Assembly (NCBI RefSeq): GCF_001644705.1
Contig: NZ_CP015137.1
Span: forward strand, 3,240,001 to 3,272,000
Direction: 5' to 3'
DNA: 32,000 nucleotides
Source of the DNA: Dickeya solani IPO 2222
GTDB taxonomy: Bacteria > Pseudomonadota > Gammaproteobacteria > Enterobacterales > Enterobacteriaceae
Positions within the stretch are counted from its first letter, which is position 1. Each line of letters opens with the position of its first letter. The notes beneath the pieces were generated by a model, which was given only the letters and a program-made list of their open reading frames with translations, did no database searches and was not told where the DNA came from. Positions 11,864-21,808 of the stretch are shown piece after piece. The translations under genes and the position numbers were made by a program.

Positions 11864-13181
11864 TATTGATATCTTCCCCGAACTGCTGGCGGCGATTGAC
11901 GCGCAGATCGCGACGAATGGGCACTATCTGGTGGCGTACAGCGGCGGGCTGGATTCCAGCGCGCTGCTGCATCTGATGACGCGCCTATGCCGACGGCGTG
12001 CGTTGTCTCTACGGGCGGTGTATGTGCATCACGGCCTGAGTGCGCACGCCGATGCGTGGGCTGAACATTGCCGCGCCCAGTGCCTGCGCTGGCAGGTGCC
12101 GTTTGATGTGTTGCCGGTTCAGGTGGATGCCCGCGACGGCGGCGTTGAAGCCGCTGCCCGGGCGGCGCGTTATCAGGCGTTGCAACAACATTTGCATGAC
12201 GGGGAAACGCTGTTGACGGCCCAGCATCAAGATGATCAGAGCGAAACGTTCCTGCTGGCGCTTAAGCGCGGCAGCGGGCCCGCCGGGCTGGCGTCGATGG
12301 CGGCGACCGCGCAACCGAACGGCGTTCGGCTGCAACGCCCGCTGCTGGGGATTAGCCGCGAACAGCTGGATGCTTATGCCAGTGCGTACCGGCTGCTCTG
12401 GGTGGAGGACGACAGTAATGCCGATGAGCGCTACGACCGTAATTTTCTGCGTCGGCAGGTGTTGCCGTTACTGAAACGGCGCTGGCCTCATTTCCCTTCG
12501 GCGGTGGCACGCAGTGCCGAACTGTGCGCTGAGCAGGAACAACTGCTGGATGAACTGCTGGCTGAGTCGCTGGCGACGTTGCGCAATACCGATGGCGCGT
12601 TAAGTGTGGCGGCGTTGATACCAATGAGCGCCGCCCGCCGGTTCGCTTTGTTGCGGCGTTGGCTGGCGGATCAGGGCGCGCGCATGCCGTCCCGCGAGCA
12701 ACTTACGCGATTGTGGGAAGAGGTGGCGACCAGTCGTGACGATGCCAACCCGTGCCTGCAGCTCGGCTCGTGGCAGGTCAGGCGGTTTCGTCACTATTTA
12801 TATCTGCTGCCGGTGATGACATCGGTAACCGGACATGTGCTGCCGTGGCAGCCAATGGCAGCACCCTTGTCGTTGCCGGATAACCTCGGGCAACTGCGGG
12901 TATCGACGCAAGGCGCCTGGATGCGGCAGCCGCGCGATGACGAAGCCGTCACCGTGCGTTTCGGTTTTCAGGGATATGTGCAGATAGTCGGGCGCGCTCA
13001 TGGCCGCCCTATCAAGAAGTTATGGCAAGAGCTGGATGTGCCGCCGTGGCTGCGGGAACGCACGCCGCTGATTTTCTATAACGAGCAATTGATTGCGGCG
13101 GTCGGGCGATTTGTAACCCGTGAAGGGCAGGCGGCGTCGGATGATGGCGGGTGGTTTATCGACTGGAGCGAACCGAAATAA
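11853..13181 (+). CDS. tilS: tRNA(Ile)-lysidine synthase TilS
   Basis: The ATG at 11853 gives MNADIDIFPELL... followed by the PP-loop VAYSGGLDSSALLHL (SGGxDS). The ORF-track start at 11772 lies inside yaeR and is unlikely. Conserved yaeR-tilS order. Confidence 0.92.
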   Translation: MNADIDIFPELLAAIDAQIATNGHYLVAYSGGLDSSALLHLMTRLCRRRALSLRAVYVHHGLSAHADAWAEHCRAQCLRWQVPFDVLPVQVDARDGGVEAAARAARYQALQQHLHDGETLLTAQHQDDQSETFLLALKRGSGPAGLASMAATAQPNGVRLQRPLLGISREQLDAYASAYRLLWVEDDSNADERYDRNFLRRQVLPLLKRRWPHFPSAVARSAELCAEQEQLLDELLAESLATLRNTDGALSVAALIPMSAARRFALLRRWLADQGARMPSREQLTRLWEEVATSRDDANPCLQLGSWQVRRFRHYLYLLPVMTSVTGHVLPWQPMAAPLSLPDNLGQLRVSTQGAWMRQPRDDEAVTVRFGFQGYVQIVGRAHGRPIKKLWQELDVPPWLRERTPLIFYNEQLIAAVGRFVTREGQAASDDGGWFIDWSEPK

Positions 13182-13182
13182 A

Positions 13183-13206
13183 AACGGACAACCCGCGTTG
13201 TCCGTT
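13183..13206. terminator. Hairpin terminator between the convergent tilS and rof genes (T-tract on the rof side)
   Basis: Perfect 10-bp stem AACGGACAAC (13183-13192) / GTTGTCCGTT (13197-13206) with a 4-nt loop. Read on the - strand it is followed by TTTTATTT. On the + strand it is preceded by an A-run and has no T-tract. Confidence 0.75.
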
Positions 13207-13226
13207 GCTGTAAGCGAAAAGGGCTG

Positions 13227-13487
13227 TCAGGGCTCGCTGACCACCACTTTACCAATTTCAGGGTGACTGAAGCTGAGGATATGGTCGAGGCGGAGTTCGT
13301 GTTTCTGACCCGCCTCTTCAATCACCAGATATTCGATATTTTTTCGAGAGATCATATCACTGGCTTTACCGACCACGACCTCGCCAGTGCGCAGTTCGAC
13401 CGTCAGCGTCAGATGCTGCTGGCAGGTGGCCTCCAGGTTATCGTAGTCATCACAATTGATGGGTTGGTATTCATTACTCATTGACAT
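13227..13487 (-). CDS. rof: Rho-binding antiterminator Rof (YaeO)
   Basis: [26 protein letters not shown]...[21 protein letters not shown] is colinear with E. coli Rof. Confidence 0.93.
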   Translation of the reverse strand: MSMSNEYQPINCDDYDNLEATCQQHLTLTVELRTGEVVVGKASDMISRKNIEYLVIEEAGQKHELRLDHILSFSHPEIGKVVVSEP

Positions 13488-13686
13488 AATCGCTCACCAA
13501 TAAGTTAGCGGCGGCATAGGCCGCCTGTTCCCTGACAGAGGATGGTAATTCGCTGTTCGTCGCGATGCCATCCAGGGTTTTCAACACACAACCCAGCGCG
13601 TCGGGTATGAACCCCAGATCGCCACTGGCGATCTCCGCGTACAGACGGCGTACTAATTCACTGTATTGTTGCATAATATCCTCCAT
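13474..13686 (-). CDS. yaeP: UPF0253-family small protein YaeP
   Basis: ...[24 protein letters not shown]...[16 protein letters not shown] matches E. coli YaeP. Overlaps the rof start by 14 nt. Confidence 0.88.
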   Translation of the reverse strand: MEDIMQQYSELVRRLYAEIASGDLGFIPDALGCVLKTLDGIATNSELPSSVREQAAYAAANLLVSDYVNE

Positions 13687-13913
13687 TAGAGCTTAACCCG
13701 GTAGAGATTCATGCATCCTTCATTGTTATCGTGACTGCAATGTAAGTCTACGAAGATAAACTCTCATCTTCTTTCCGACTATAGCATAGGCCCCGGCAGG
13801 TTATCAGCATAATGCAACAGCATAATTCTGCTGTTACCGCCCGTGACGCGCATGCGACTGTGATGTATGTCGCCGCTGAGGTAGACTAACGGCTCTGTAA
13901 TCAGGGGTAGAGA

Positions 13914-14462
13914 ATGGCCTTAAAAGCAACGGTTTACAAAGTCAGCGTCAACATCGCCGATATGGATCGCGCGTTTTTTCAGGATGTCAGCCTGACGCTG
14001 GCCCAGCACCCTTCCGAAACCGATCAGCGCATGATGTTACGGCTACTGGCGTGGATCTGCCATGCCGATGACCGGCTGCGTTTCACCAAGGGACTGAGCG
14101 CGGATGACGAGCCGGAAATCTGGCAACATAGTGACGACGGTCAACTGATGTTATGGATTGAGCTGGGCCTGCCCGATGAAAAACGCCTGAAAAAAGCCTG
14201 TAGTCGGTCGCCCGATGTGGTGCTGTATGCCTATGGCGAGCGCGCCGCCCGGGTATGGTGGCAAAACATGGCCGACAAGGTGGCGTCTCTGACTAATCTG
14301 ACCGTGCGTTTTCTCGATGATCAGCAACTGGCGAGCCTGGCCGCATTGGCGCAGCGTTCCATGGCACTACAGGCTACGTTGCAGGAGGGAACTATCTGGC
14401 TGTCTGACGATCAGAATAATCTGGAATTGTCGTTCAGTAGCTGGCAAATTGCCCAAGGTTAA
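13914..14462 (+). CDS. yaeQ: YaeQ-family protein
   Basis: [47 protein letters not shown]...[21 protein letters not shown] is colinear with E. coli YaeQ. Confidence 0.92.
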   Translation: MALKATVYKVSVNIADMDRAFFQDVSLTLAQHPSETDQRMMLRLLAWICHADDRLRFTKGLSADDEPEIWQHSDDGQLMLWIELGLPDEKRLKKACSRSPDVVLYAYGERAARVWWQNMADKVASLTNLTVRFLDDQQLASLAALAQRSMALQATLQEGTIWLSDDQNNLELSFSSWQIAQG

Positions 14463-14507
14463 GGATGATCTGACAGCATGCCAGCACAACACAGCAGGAG
14501 AATAAGG

Positions 14508-15110
14508 ATGAAAAAACTGGCGACAGGGGTGGTGTTTGTTCTTTTATTATCGGGATTGATGGGGTGTCATTCCCGCCCCCAGATTCAGGAAGAGCCATTA
14601 CGCCCGATGGCGCAGTATTATCGCGGTAAGTTGCCTTGTGGCGCGTGCGGCGAGATGGATACGTCGCTGTTTTTGAATGCGGACGGCAGTTTTGTCATGC
14701 GGGAGAGTTACCCGTCCGGGGCTGAGGGTAAAACCACCGTGGCCGAATCGGGCCGCTGGAGCCGTACCGCCGAACGGTTGGTGCTGACTGACAACGATGG
14801 CGAGAAGCGTTATTTTCGTCCGTTGAACAATGACCTTGTGGCCTTGGGCGATGATGGTCAGCCGTTGGATGTCGCCACTCAACGTTACCGGCTGTTTGCC
14901 GTGGATAAGCAGGCGAAACCGGTCGTACCCGCCTGTCTGAGCCAGCTTTCCGGCCGTGATATGCGGGCGATAACGGCCGCGGTTGAGCGTTATATGACGA
15001 GGCAACCGGATGGGCATGTGTTTTCCGTTATGATGGAACCGGAGATCGCTGCCGTGCGTGTGAGCTATTACTCTTATTCCCGCGTGATCGCCTATCCCGT
15101 GGCCTTGTGA
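14508..15110 (+). CDS. Lipoprotein with an NlpE (CutF) N-terminal domain and a non-canonical C-terminal part
   Basis: The ATG at 14508 gives MKKLATGVVFVLLLSGLMGC (lipobox LMGC). Then YRGKLPCGACGEMDTSLFLNADGSFVM...GRWSRTAERLVLTDNDGEKRYF parallels the E. coli NlpE N-domain, including the CxxC motif. By eye, the last ~70 aa do not resemble the E. coli NlpE C-terminal domain. Confidence 0.75.
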   Translation: MKKLATGVVFVLLLSGLMGCHSRPQIQEEPLRPMAQYYRGKLPCGACGEMDTSLFLNADGSFVMRESYPSGAEGKTTVAESGRWSRTAERLVLTDNDGEKRYFRPLNNDLVALGDDGQPLDVATQRYRLFAVDKQAKPVVPACLSQLSGRDMRAITAAVERYMTRQPDGHVFSVMMEPEIAAVRVSYYSYSRVIAYPVAL

Positions 15111-15146
15111 CGCAGTCCTGAGCCGCGAGCGGGCTTGAGATAGCGT

Positions 15147-15180
15147 GAGCGGAGAACCGGAAAACCGTTGTTCTCCGCTC
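15147..15180. terminator. Hairpin between the convergent nlpE-like and mutS genes
   Basis: Perfect 11-bp stem GAGCGGAGAAC (15147-15157) / GTTCTCCGCTC (15170-15180). There is no clear T-tract on either strand, so intrinsic termination is uncertain. Confidence 0.45.
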
Positions 15181-15187
15181 AGCAGTT

Positions 15188-17743
15188 TCACATCATTCCT
15201 TTCAACTTATACAGCCAGTCCAGCGCCTGACGCGGCGTCAGCGCGTCCGGGTCGATGCCTTCCAGCGCTTCCAACGCCGGCGACGGTTCTTCCGGCGTGA
15301 GCAACGCGAGCTGCGAGCCATCGACGTGGCTGGCCGAAGCATGACCCGCCAGTGACTCCAGTTCTTTCAGCTTTTGCCTTGCCCGTTTGATGACCTCTTT
15401 CGGCACGCCGGCCAACGCCGCCACCGCCAGCCCATAACTTTTGCTGGCTGCGCCTTCCTGCACGCTGTGCATAAAGGCGATGGTGTCGCCATGCTCCAGC
15501 GCGTCGAGATGGATGTTGATAACGCCTTCCATTTTTTCCGGCAGGTTGGTGAGCTCGAAATAGTGAGTGGCGAACAGGGTCATGGCCTTGATTTTATTCG
15601 CCAGCGCTTCGGCGCAGGCCCAGGCCAGCGACAGACCGTCGTAAGTGGAGGTGCCGCGCCCAATTTCATCCATCAACACCAGGCTGTGTTCGGTAGCGTT
15701 ATGCAAAATGTTGGCGGTTTCCGTCATTTCCACCATGAAGGTTGAACGGCCGGAAGCCAGGTCATCGGCTGCGCCGACGCGGGTGAAGATACGATCCACC
15801 GGGCCAATCACCGCCTGTTCGGCCGGGACGTAGCTGCCAATGTGCGCCATCAGCACAATCAGCGCCGCCTGTCGCATGTAGGTGCTTTTCCCGCCCATAT
15901 TGGGGCCGGTGATGATCAGCAGCCGACGCTGAGGCGACAGCGACAATGGGTTAGCGATAAAGGGTTCGCTCAGAACCTGTTCCACCACCGGGTGGCGGCC
16001 GCCGGTAATCCTGATCCCCGGTTTGTCGCTGAGGGTGGGGCAGACGTAGTTCAGCGTGTCGGCGCGCTCGGCCAGATTGGTCAGGACATCCAGTTCCGCC
16101 AGCGCGCCGGCGCTTTGCTGTAGATCCGCCAGATGCGGCAGCAGCAGGTCGAACAATTCTTCGTACAGGGCTTTTTCCAGCGCCAGCGCCTTGCCTTTTG
16201 AGGTCAGTACCTTGTCTTCGTATTCTTTCAGTTCGGGGATGATGTAGCGCTCGGCGTTTTTCAGCGTCTGGCGACGTACATAGTTCATCGGCACCAGATG
16301 GCTCTGTCCACGGCTGACCTGAATGTAGTAACCGTGTACACCGTTGAAACCGACTTTCAGGGTGTCGATACCGAGGCGGTCGCGTTCGCGGATTTCCAGT
16401 TTTTCCAGATAGTCGCTGGCGCCATCGGCCAGCATACGCCACTCATCCAGCTCGTCGTTGTAGCCGCTGGCGATGACGCCGCCATCGCGCACCAACACCG
16501 GCGGCGCTTCCACCACCGCGCGCTCCAGCAGGTCGCGCAGCTCGTCAAAATGTCCGACGTCCGCACGCAGTTGTTGTACCGCTTCAGCGCTGACTGCTTC
16601 CAGCAAAACGTGAATATCCGGCAGTTGCTGAAAGGCATGACGCATTCTGGCCAGATCGCGCGGCCGCGCCGAACGCAACGCCAGACGCGCCAGAATACGC
16701 TCCAGATCGCCCACCTGGCGCAGTAACGGCTGCAACTCGGCCGCAACATCCCGCAGTGCGCCGATGGCTTGCTGACGCCGCAGCAGCGCCTGAACCTCAC
16801 GAATCGGCGCGTGCAGCCAGCGTTTAAGCATACGGCTGCCCATTGGCGTCACGGTACGGTCCAGCACAGAAGCCAGGGTATTTTCACCGCTGCCGGACAG
16901 GTTCTGGGTCAGCTCCAGATTACGACGCGTCGCCGCATCCATGATGATGCCGTCCTGCTGGCGCTCCACGGTGATGCTGCGGATATGCGGCAGCGATGTT
17001 CGTTGGGTGTCTTTGGCGTATTGCAACAGACAACCCGCGGCACGCAACCCCATGTGCGCCTGTTCTACGCCAAAACCGATCAGGTCGCGGGTGCCAAACT
17101 GCAGATTCAGCTGCTGACGGGCGGTATCCAGCTCGAACTCCCACAACGGACGGCGGCGCAGCCCGTGGCGATGCTCAATCAGGGTCATCGCCTCAAAGGT
17201 TTCCGGATAAAGCAATTCCGCCGGATTGGTACGCTGCAGTTCCGCCGCCATGGTTTCCTGGTCAACCGGCTCCACCAGCCGGAAACGGCCGGAACTGATA
17301 TCCAGCGTGGCGTAGCCGAATCCCCGCCCTTCCTGCCAGACGGCGGCCAGCAGGTTGTCCTGTTTTTCCTGTAAGAGCGCTTCATCGCTGATGGTGCCGG
17401 GGGTAACGATGCGCACCACTTTCCGCTCCACCGGTCCTTTGCTGGTGGCCGGGTCGCCAATCTGTTCGCAGATCGCCACCGATTCGCCCAACAGCACCAG
17501 TTTGGCCAGATAGTTTTCCACCGCATGGTAAGGAACGCCCGCCATCGGGATAGGTTCACCCGCGGAAGCGCCGCGCTTGGTCAGCGAGATATCCAGCAAC
17601 TGCGAGGCGCGTTTGGCATCGCCATAAAACAGCTCGTAGAAGTCGCCCATACGGTAAAACAGCAGAATATCGGGATGCTGGGCTTTCAGCTTCAGGTACT
17701 GCTGCATCATGGGGGTGTGCAAGCTAAGGTCTTCTTTTTCCAT
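15188..17743 (-). CDS. mutS: DNA mismatch repair protein MutS
   Basis: 851 aa. N-terminal [31 protein letters not shown] mismatch-binding motif, Walker [14 protein letters not shown], and colinear with E. coli MutS. Confidence 0.98.
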   Translation of the reverse strand: MEKEDLSLHTPMMQQYLKLKAQHPDILLFYRMGDFYELFYGDAKRASQLLDISLTKRGASAGEPIPMAGVPYHAVENYLAKLVLLGESVAICEQIGDPATSKGPVERKVVRIVTPGTISDEALLQEKQDNLLAAVWQEGRGFGYATLDISSGRFRLVEPVDQETMAAELQRTNPAELLYPETFEAMTLIEHRHGLRRRPLWEFELDTARQQLNLQFGTRDLIGFGVEQAHMGLRAAGCLLQYAKDTQRTSLPHIRSITVERQQDGIIMDAATRRNLELTQNLSGSGENTLASVLDRTVTPMGSRMLKRWLHAPIREVQALLRRQQAIGALRDVAAELQPLLRQVGDLERILARLALRSARPRDLARMRHAFQQLPDIHVLLEAVSAEAVQQLRADVGHFDELRDLLERAVVEAPPVLVRDGGVIASGYNDELDEWRMLADGASDYLEKLEIRERDRLGIDTLKVGFNGVHGYYIQVSRGQSHLVPMNYVRRQTLKNAERYIIPELKEYEDKVLTSKGKALALEKALYEELFDLLLPHLADLQQSAGALAELDVLTNLAERADTLNYVCPTLSDKPGIRITGGRHPVVEQVLSEPFIANPLSLSPQRRLLIITGPNMGGKSTYMRQAALIVLMAHIGSYVPAEQAVIGPVDRIFTRVGAADDLASGRSTFMVEMTETANILHNATEHSLVLMDEIGRGTSTYDGLSLAWACAEALANKIKAMTLFATHYFELTNLPEKMEGVINIHLDALEHGDTIAFMHSVQEGAASKSYGLAVAALAGVPKEVIKRARQKLKELESLAGHASASHVDGSQLALLTPEEPSPALEALEGIDPDALTPRQALDWLYKLKGMM

Positions 17744-17752
17744 TTAAATAAA

Positions 17753-18139
17753 TCACTTATAAATTACGATGCCAGTTTTGGGGCAATTGGGGCATTTTGA
17801 GCCATATTTTTCATGTTTTCCCAGATGCGATCCAGTCCCCATAGGGGACTCTGAATCTATCCAGCATGCGTAGACTTCAACAAGCATTAAGTAATCGTCG
17901 TGTGCCAGTCGTTCACCAGGACGCCGCCCGGAATAGACTACCAACGTAATGGCTGCCTTATCTACAGGATGCAGACAACCTTTTTCAATCAGCACGTTGT
18001 ACTCATCATAACTGAGTGGGGCCAGGGCTTTGCTGCTTTTTGTGAATCGGATGCAATGTTTGCCTATTGCTTCGCAATAATGGTTAATTTCATACCAGTA
18101 GATGAAGCCGGAGAACGTGGCCGGATACGGATTTACGGC
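17753..18139 (-). pseudogene. Open frame of 128 codons lacking a start until a late GTG; possible decayed gene remnant abutting mutS
   Basis: Open from the TAG at 18140-18142 to the stop at 17753, but the first ATG/GTG/TTG is the GTG at 17995. No RBS is visible. The segment ...KALAPLSYDEYNVLIEKG...AAITLVVYSGRRPGERLA is only weakly reminiscent of the tyrosine-recombinase box I (G-R-x-x-E) region. Lies in AT-rich, otherwise ORF-poor DNA. Confidence 0.3.
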
Positions 18140-18766
18140 CTAAACATGAATAATTCAAACAAACCCGGAGTCATGGTTCGAACGCTGGATTCTCACTGCT
18201 TCCTCCGCCTTCCGAGTAGTGATGCCTGAACAATGTATGCTGTTTTTTGCGAATGATTCCGGCATTGAGTAAACCTGACGAGTTGCTGTAGAAAGTAGGT
18301 GATTGTAGGTGTACATAATAAAGCATCATGCTGTTTGAGGTTATAGCGTGAGATTGTATCCGTTGGTTAAACATACGCTCATTAAGCGTCTTTTCCTGTC
18401 TGTTAGTGTCATTGAGTTGTTATCCGGCAGCGGTCATATGATGGTTTACGATAATCCTGACGGGCTGGCGAAGGTTATAACCTGTCTTATGAAGGCAATG
18501 TAACCACAGGGAACCATTACCTTCCAGGGGCGTTAAACAGCCGAATTAAGCATGTCATATCAACAGCGCGAACCAGTCAGTCGCTCGTTCCGGGTTGCAG
18601 TAATTGCTCGCCTAAACTATGCACTAAACCTTGTAGAGCAGGCTGGTAAACCATTAATTCAATAGGATACTCATTGTCAATGTCAGAGAAATTAACCTCT
18701 GATGAAGAAAATTAATAAGGTGATGGTTCGACGTCATGTCATGAAATATATGCATTTTTTAGTTAT

Positions 18767-21700
18767 TCATGAATCACGCTTAATTCTGAACCAGGTAATA
18801 TAGAGCGCAGGTAAGAACAATAACGTAAGTACCGTTCCGACAATAATACCTCCCATCATGGCAAAGGACATAGGCCCCCAAAATATCTCACGTGAAATGG
18901 GGATCAGCCCCAGTGTTGCGGCAGCAGCCGTCAGCAAAATAGGGCGTATACGGTGTTCTGTTGCTTCCACCACGGCTTGCCAGGGGGACATTCCCGTTCT
19001 TCTAAGCTCTTCTATTAATACGATCAGAATGACCGAATTACGAATGAGTATTCCCGTCAGCGCCAGAACGCCCAGTAAAGCCACAAACCCCAAAGGTGTG
19101 TCGCTCAGCAACAAGGCAATCACTACACCGATAAGGGCCAGTGGCGCGACCGAAAAAACCAGGAACAACTTGGAGAAGCCCTGTAGCTGAATCATTAGTA
19201 AGGTCGCCATAACGAACAGCATGATGGGTACGACTCTGGCGATAGGTGCCTGAGATTTAGCGCTTTCCTCGACAGAACCTCCAACTGTGACGGAATAGCC
19301 GGGGGGTAATGTCTGCTGAAAAGAGGCCACCTTATCAGAAAGTTCTTTTGTGATTGTTGCCGCCTGCTTTTTGTCATTTATGGCTGCTTTGATGGTTACG
19401 GTTGAGATTCTGTCCCAGTGCCAGATAACTGGCTGTTCAAGTTTATATTGAAAGGTGGCGACCGATGACAGTGGAATCGATTTCCCATTACTACTCGGTA
19501 ACTGAAGATTATAAATACTCTCTATTGATCCTCGTTCCACTTTTTCTGCACGGCTAATCACATCAACCAGATAAATATCATCAAGTACTTGTGTTACTGA
19601 TGTCCCCTCGGCGACCCCATTAAGTGCCGTAGCGATACTCTCTGATGATACCCCTAATTGCCGCAATTTATCTTGCAATACATTAACTTTCAATACGCGG
19701 GCCGGCTCGTTCCAGTCGAAAGCAATATTGGTCAGGGAAGGGTGTGAGATGATGATGCTGGCAAGTTGTCGGGAGTAATGTCGCACCGTCTGAATATCAG
19801 GTCCCGAAATTCGATATTGCACAGGTTTTCCAACTGGAGGGCCAATATCCAGTAGGCTTACATAAGCATCAGTACCTGGAAATGTCTTTTTTAGATATTG
19901 TTGCAGATTTATACGAAGTCGATCACGAGCTTCGATATCTTTAGCCACAATGATGGTTTGTCCCCAAAATGCATTATCAGGTTGTACATTGAAAGACAAA
20001 ATAAAACGAGGGGCACTGCGTCCCACATAGGTTGACCAATGTTCAATGTCTTCATTTTCAGCCAATTTTTCTTTTTCGAAAATAAGCATTTGTCTGCTGG
20101 TTTCAGTAATGGAACTATTTTGCGGCAGGTTCCAGTCAACAATCAGTTCCGGACGGTCTGAGTTCGGGAAAAACTGCTGCTGAACAAACGCCAGGCCCAG
20201 AATCGACAGAAGAAACGTAGCGATGGTTGTAGCGATGGTCGCCCAACGATATTTCAGGCAATAGTTTAGTATGCGGGAAAATGCCCGCATAAACCTTCCC
20301 TTATCTTCAACATGCTGGAGCGGCATATTTTTTAATAATGTCACGCCTAATAAAGGAGTAAATAGCACCGCTACTCCCCATGAAACGATCAATGAAACGG
20401 CCAATACCACAAATAAGGTGAAAGTGAATTCCCCGGCGTTGCTACTGTTAAAGCCTATTGGAATAAAACCGGAAACTGTAACCAGCGTTCCGGTCAGCAT
20501 AGGAAAAGCCGTCGAGGTATAGACGTATGTCGCTGCTTTACGCAAGCTATCACCGGCTTCCAGTCTGGCAACCATCATTTCAACCGCAATCATGGCATCG
20601 TCAACTAATAGCCCAAGAGCGATGATCAGTGCTCCCAGCGATACCCGCTGCAATGTAATATTCGAGTACTGCATAATCACAAACGTGATCGCAAGGACCA
20701 GAGGGATGGAGATGGCGACCACCAATCCGGCGCGAATTCCCAAACTGATAAAACTGATAGCCAGCACAATCGCTACCGCTTCAAAAAGCGCATGGGTAAA
20801 ACCTGATATTGCTTTATGAACCGTTTCCGGTTGATCCGCGACCCGATCAATAGTGACGCCGACTGGAAGGCTCTGCGTTATATTCGATAGCATGGCATCA
20901 AGCTCTTTACCGAATTCCAGCAGGTTATGGCCTGTTTTCATGCCGACTATCAACCCAATCGCCGGCTTACCATTAAATCGAAATAAAGAGTCAGGCGGAT
21001 CAACATACCCACGGGAAATGGTAGCCACATCCGTCAAAGGAAAGAAACGATTGTTTACCTGCAGATTGATAGCGTGCAGGCTGTCCTCAGAGATAAAACG
21101 ACCGCCGACGCGTAATGCAATACGTTCACCGTTGGTTTGAATAAATCCGGATTGCGTTACTGCATTTTGTGCCTGAAGTGTTGCCAGAATGGCTGACCTG
21201 TCGATACCGAGCGCAGCAATTTTTCGCGTAGAAAACTCCAGATAAATCACTTCATCCTGCGCGCCAATAATATCCACTTTCCCGGCATCAGGAAGAGTTA
21301 GTATCTGACTTCGGACATTTTCAACCAGATCTCGCAGCTGTCTGTGATTCATGCCCTCACTGGAGAAAGCAAATATATTGCCGTAGACATCACCAAAATT
21401 ATCATTGAAAAAAGGCCCGACGACGCCTGTGGGGAAATCATGCTGAATATCTGCAATCATATTCCTGATACGCAACCAGGTCGGTTTTACATCTTTGGCT
21501 TTTGTTTCCGCTTTGAGATCAACAAATATGGTAGTTTTTCCGGCAGTGGTAACACTCCGGGTATGCTCAAGGTTATCCAGTTCCTGTAGTTTCTTTTCAA
21601 TGCGGTCAGTGACCTGTTGCGTCATTTCTTCAGCAGATGCTCCCGGCCACTGCGATTGTATGATCATCGTCTTTATCGTAAAGGACGGATCCTCTTCTCG

Positions 21701-21808
21701 GCCAAGTTGGTTATAGGCAAAAACGCCAGCAATGGAAAAAACTATCATGAAATACCAGACGAGAGAGCTATGCTCCAGGGCCCATTCAGAAAGGTTGAAT
21801 TTCTTCAT
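18767..21808 (-). CDS. RND-family efflux transporter, inner-membrane permease (AcrB/HAE1-like)
   Basis: 1013 aa. N-terminus MKKFNLSEWALEHSSLVWYFMIVFSIAGVFAYNQLGREEDPSFTIKTM is typical of RND pumps, and the alternating large periplasmic loops and TM bundles fit the family. AGGA lies 8 nt upstream of the ATG. The start overlaps the upstream MFP stop (TAATG). Confidence 0.93.
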   Translation of the reverse strand: MKKFNLSEWALEHSSLVWYFMIVFSIAGVFAYNQLGREEDPSFTIKTMIIQSQWPGASAEEMTQQVTDRIEKKLQELDNLEHTRSVTTAGKTTIFVDLKAETKAKDVKPTWLRIRNMIADIQHDFPTGVVGPFFNDNFGDVYGNIFAFSSEGMNHRQLRDLVENVRSQILTLPDAGKVDIIGAQDEVIYLEFSTRKIAALGIDRSAILATLQAQNAVTQSGFIQTNGERIALRVGGRFISEDSLHAINLQVNNRFFPLTDVATISRGYVDPPDSLFRFNGKPAIGLIVGMKTGHNLLEFGKELDAMLSNITQSLPVGVTIDRVADQPETVHKAISGFTHALFEAVAIVLAISFISLGIRAGLVVAISIPLVLAITFVIMQYSNITLQRVSLGALIIALGLLVDDAMIAVEMMVARLEAGDSLRKAATYVYTSTAFPMLTGTLVTVSGFIPIGFNSSNAGEFTFTLFVVLAVSLIVSWGVAVLFTPLLGVTLLKNMPLQHVEDKGRFMRAFSRILNYCLKYRWATIATTIATFLLSILGLAFVQQQFFPNSDRPELIVDWNLPQNSSITETSRQMLIFEKEKLAENEDIEHWSTYVGRSAPRFILSFNVQPDNAFWGQTIIVAKDIEARDRLRINLQQYLKKTFPGTDAYVSLLDIGPPVGKPVQYRISGPDIQTVRHYSRQLASIIISHPSLTNIAFDWNEPARVLKVNVLQDKLRQLGVSSESIATALNGVAEGTSVTQVLDDIYLVDVISRAEKVERGSIESIYNLQLPSSNGKSIPLSSVATFQYKLEQPVIWHWDRISTVTIKAAINDKKQAATITKELSDKVASFQQTLPPGYSVTVGGSVEESAKSQAPIARVVPIMLFVMATLLMIQLQGFSKLFLVFSVAPLALIGVVIALLLSDTPLGFVALLGVLALTGILIRNSVILIVLIEELRRTGMSPWQAVVEATEHRIRPILLTAAAATLGLIPISREIFWGPMSFAMMGGIIVGTVLTLLFLPALYITWFRIKRDS

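Noticed and set aside
17900-18229. A 109-aa + strand ORF, and a 67-aa - strand ORF at 18171-18374, in the AT-rich gap. Considered as possible small accessory, toxin or defence genes.
   Set aside because: The + strand ORF is antisense to the start-less remnant frame. Neither has an RBS or any recognisable motif, and the region shows frame-shifting fragments typical of decay.
18702-18803. A 33-codon + strand ORF (MKKINKVMVRRHVMKYMHFLVIHESRLILNQVI) overlapping the 3' end of the RND gene.
   Set aside because: It has no RBS, it overlaps a well-supported gene in antisense, and the AT-rich context produces such ORFs by chance.
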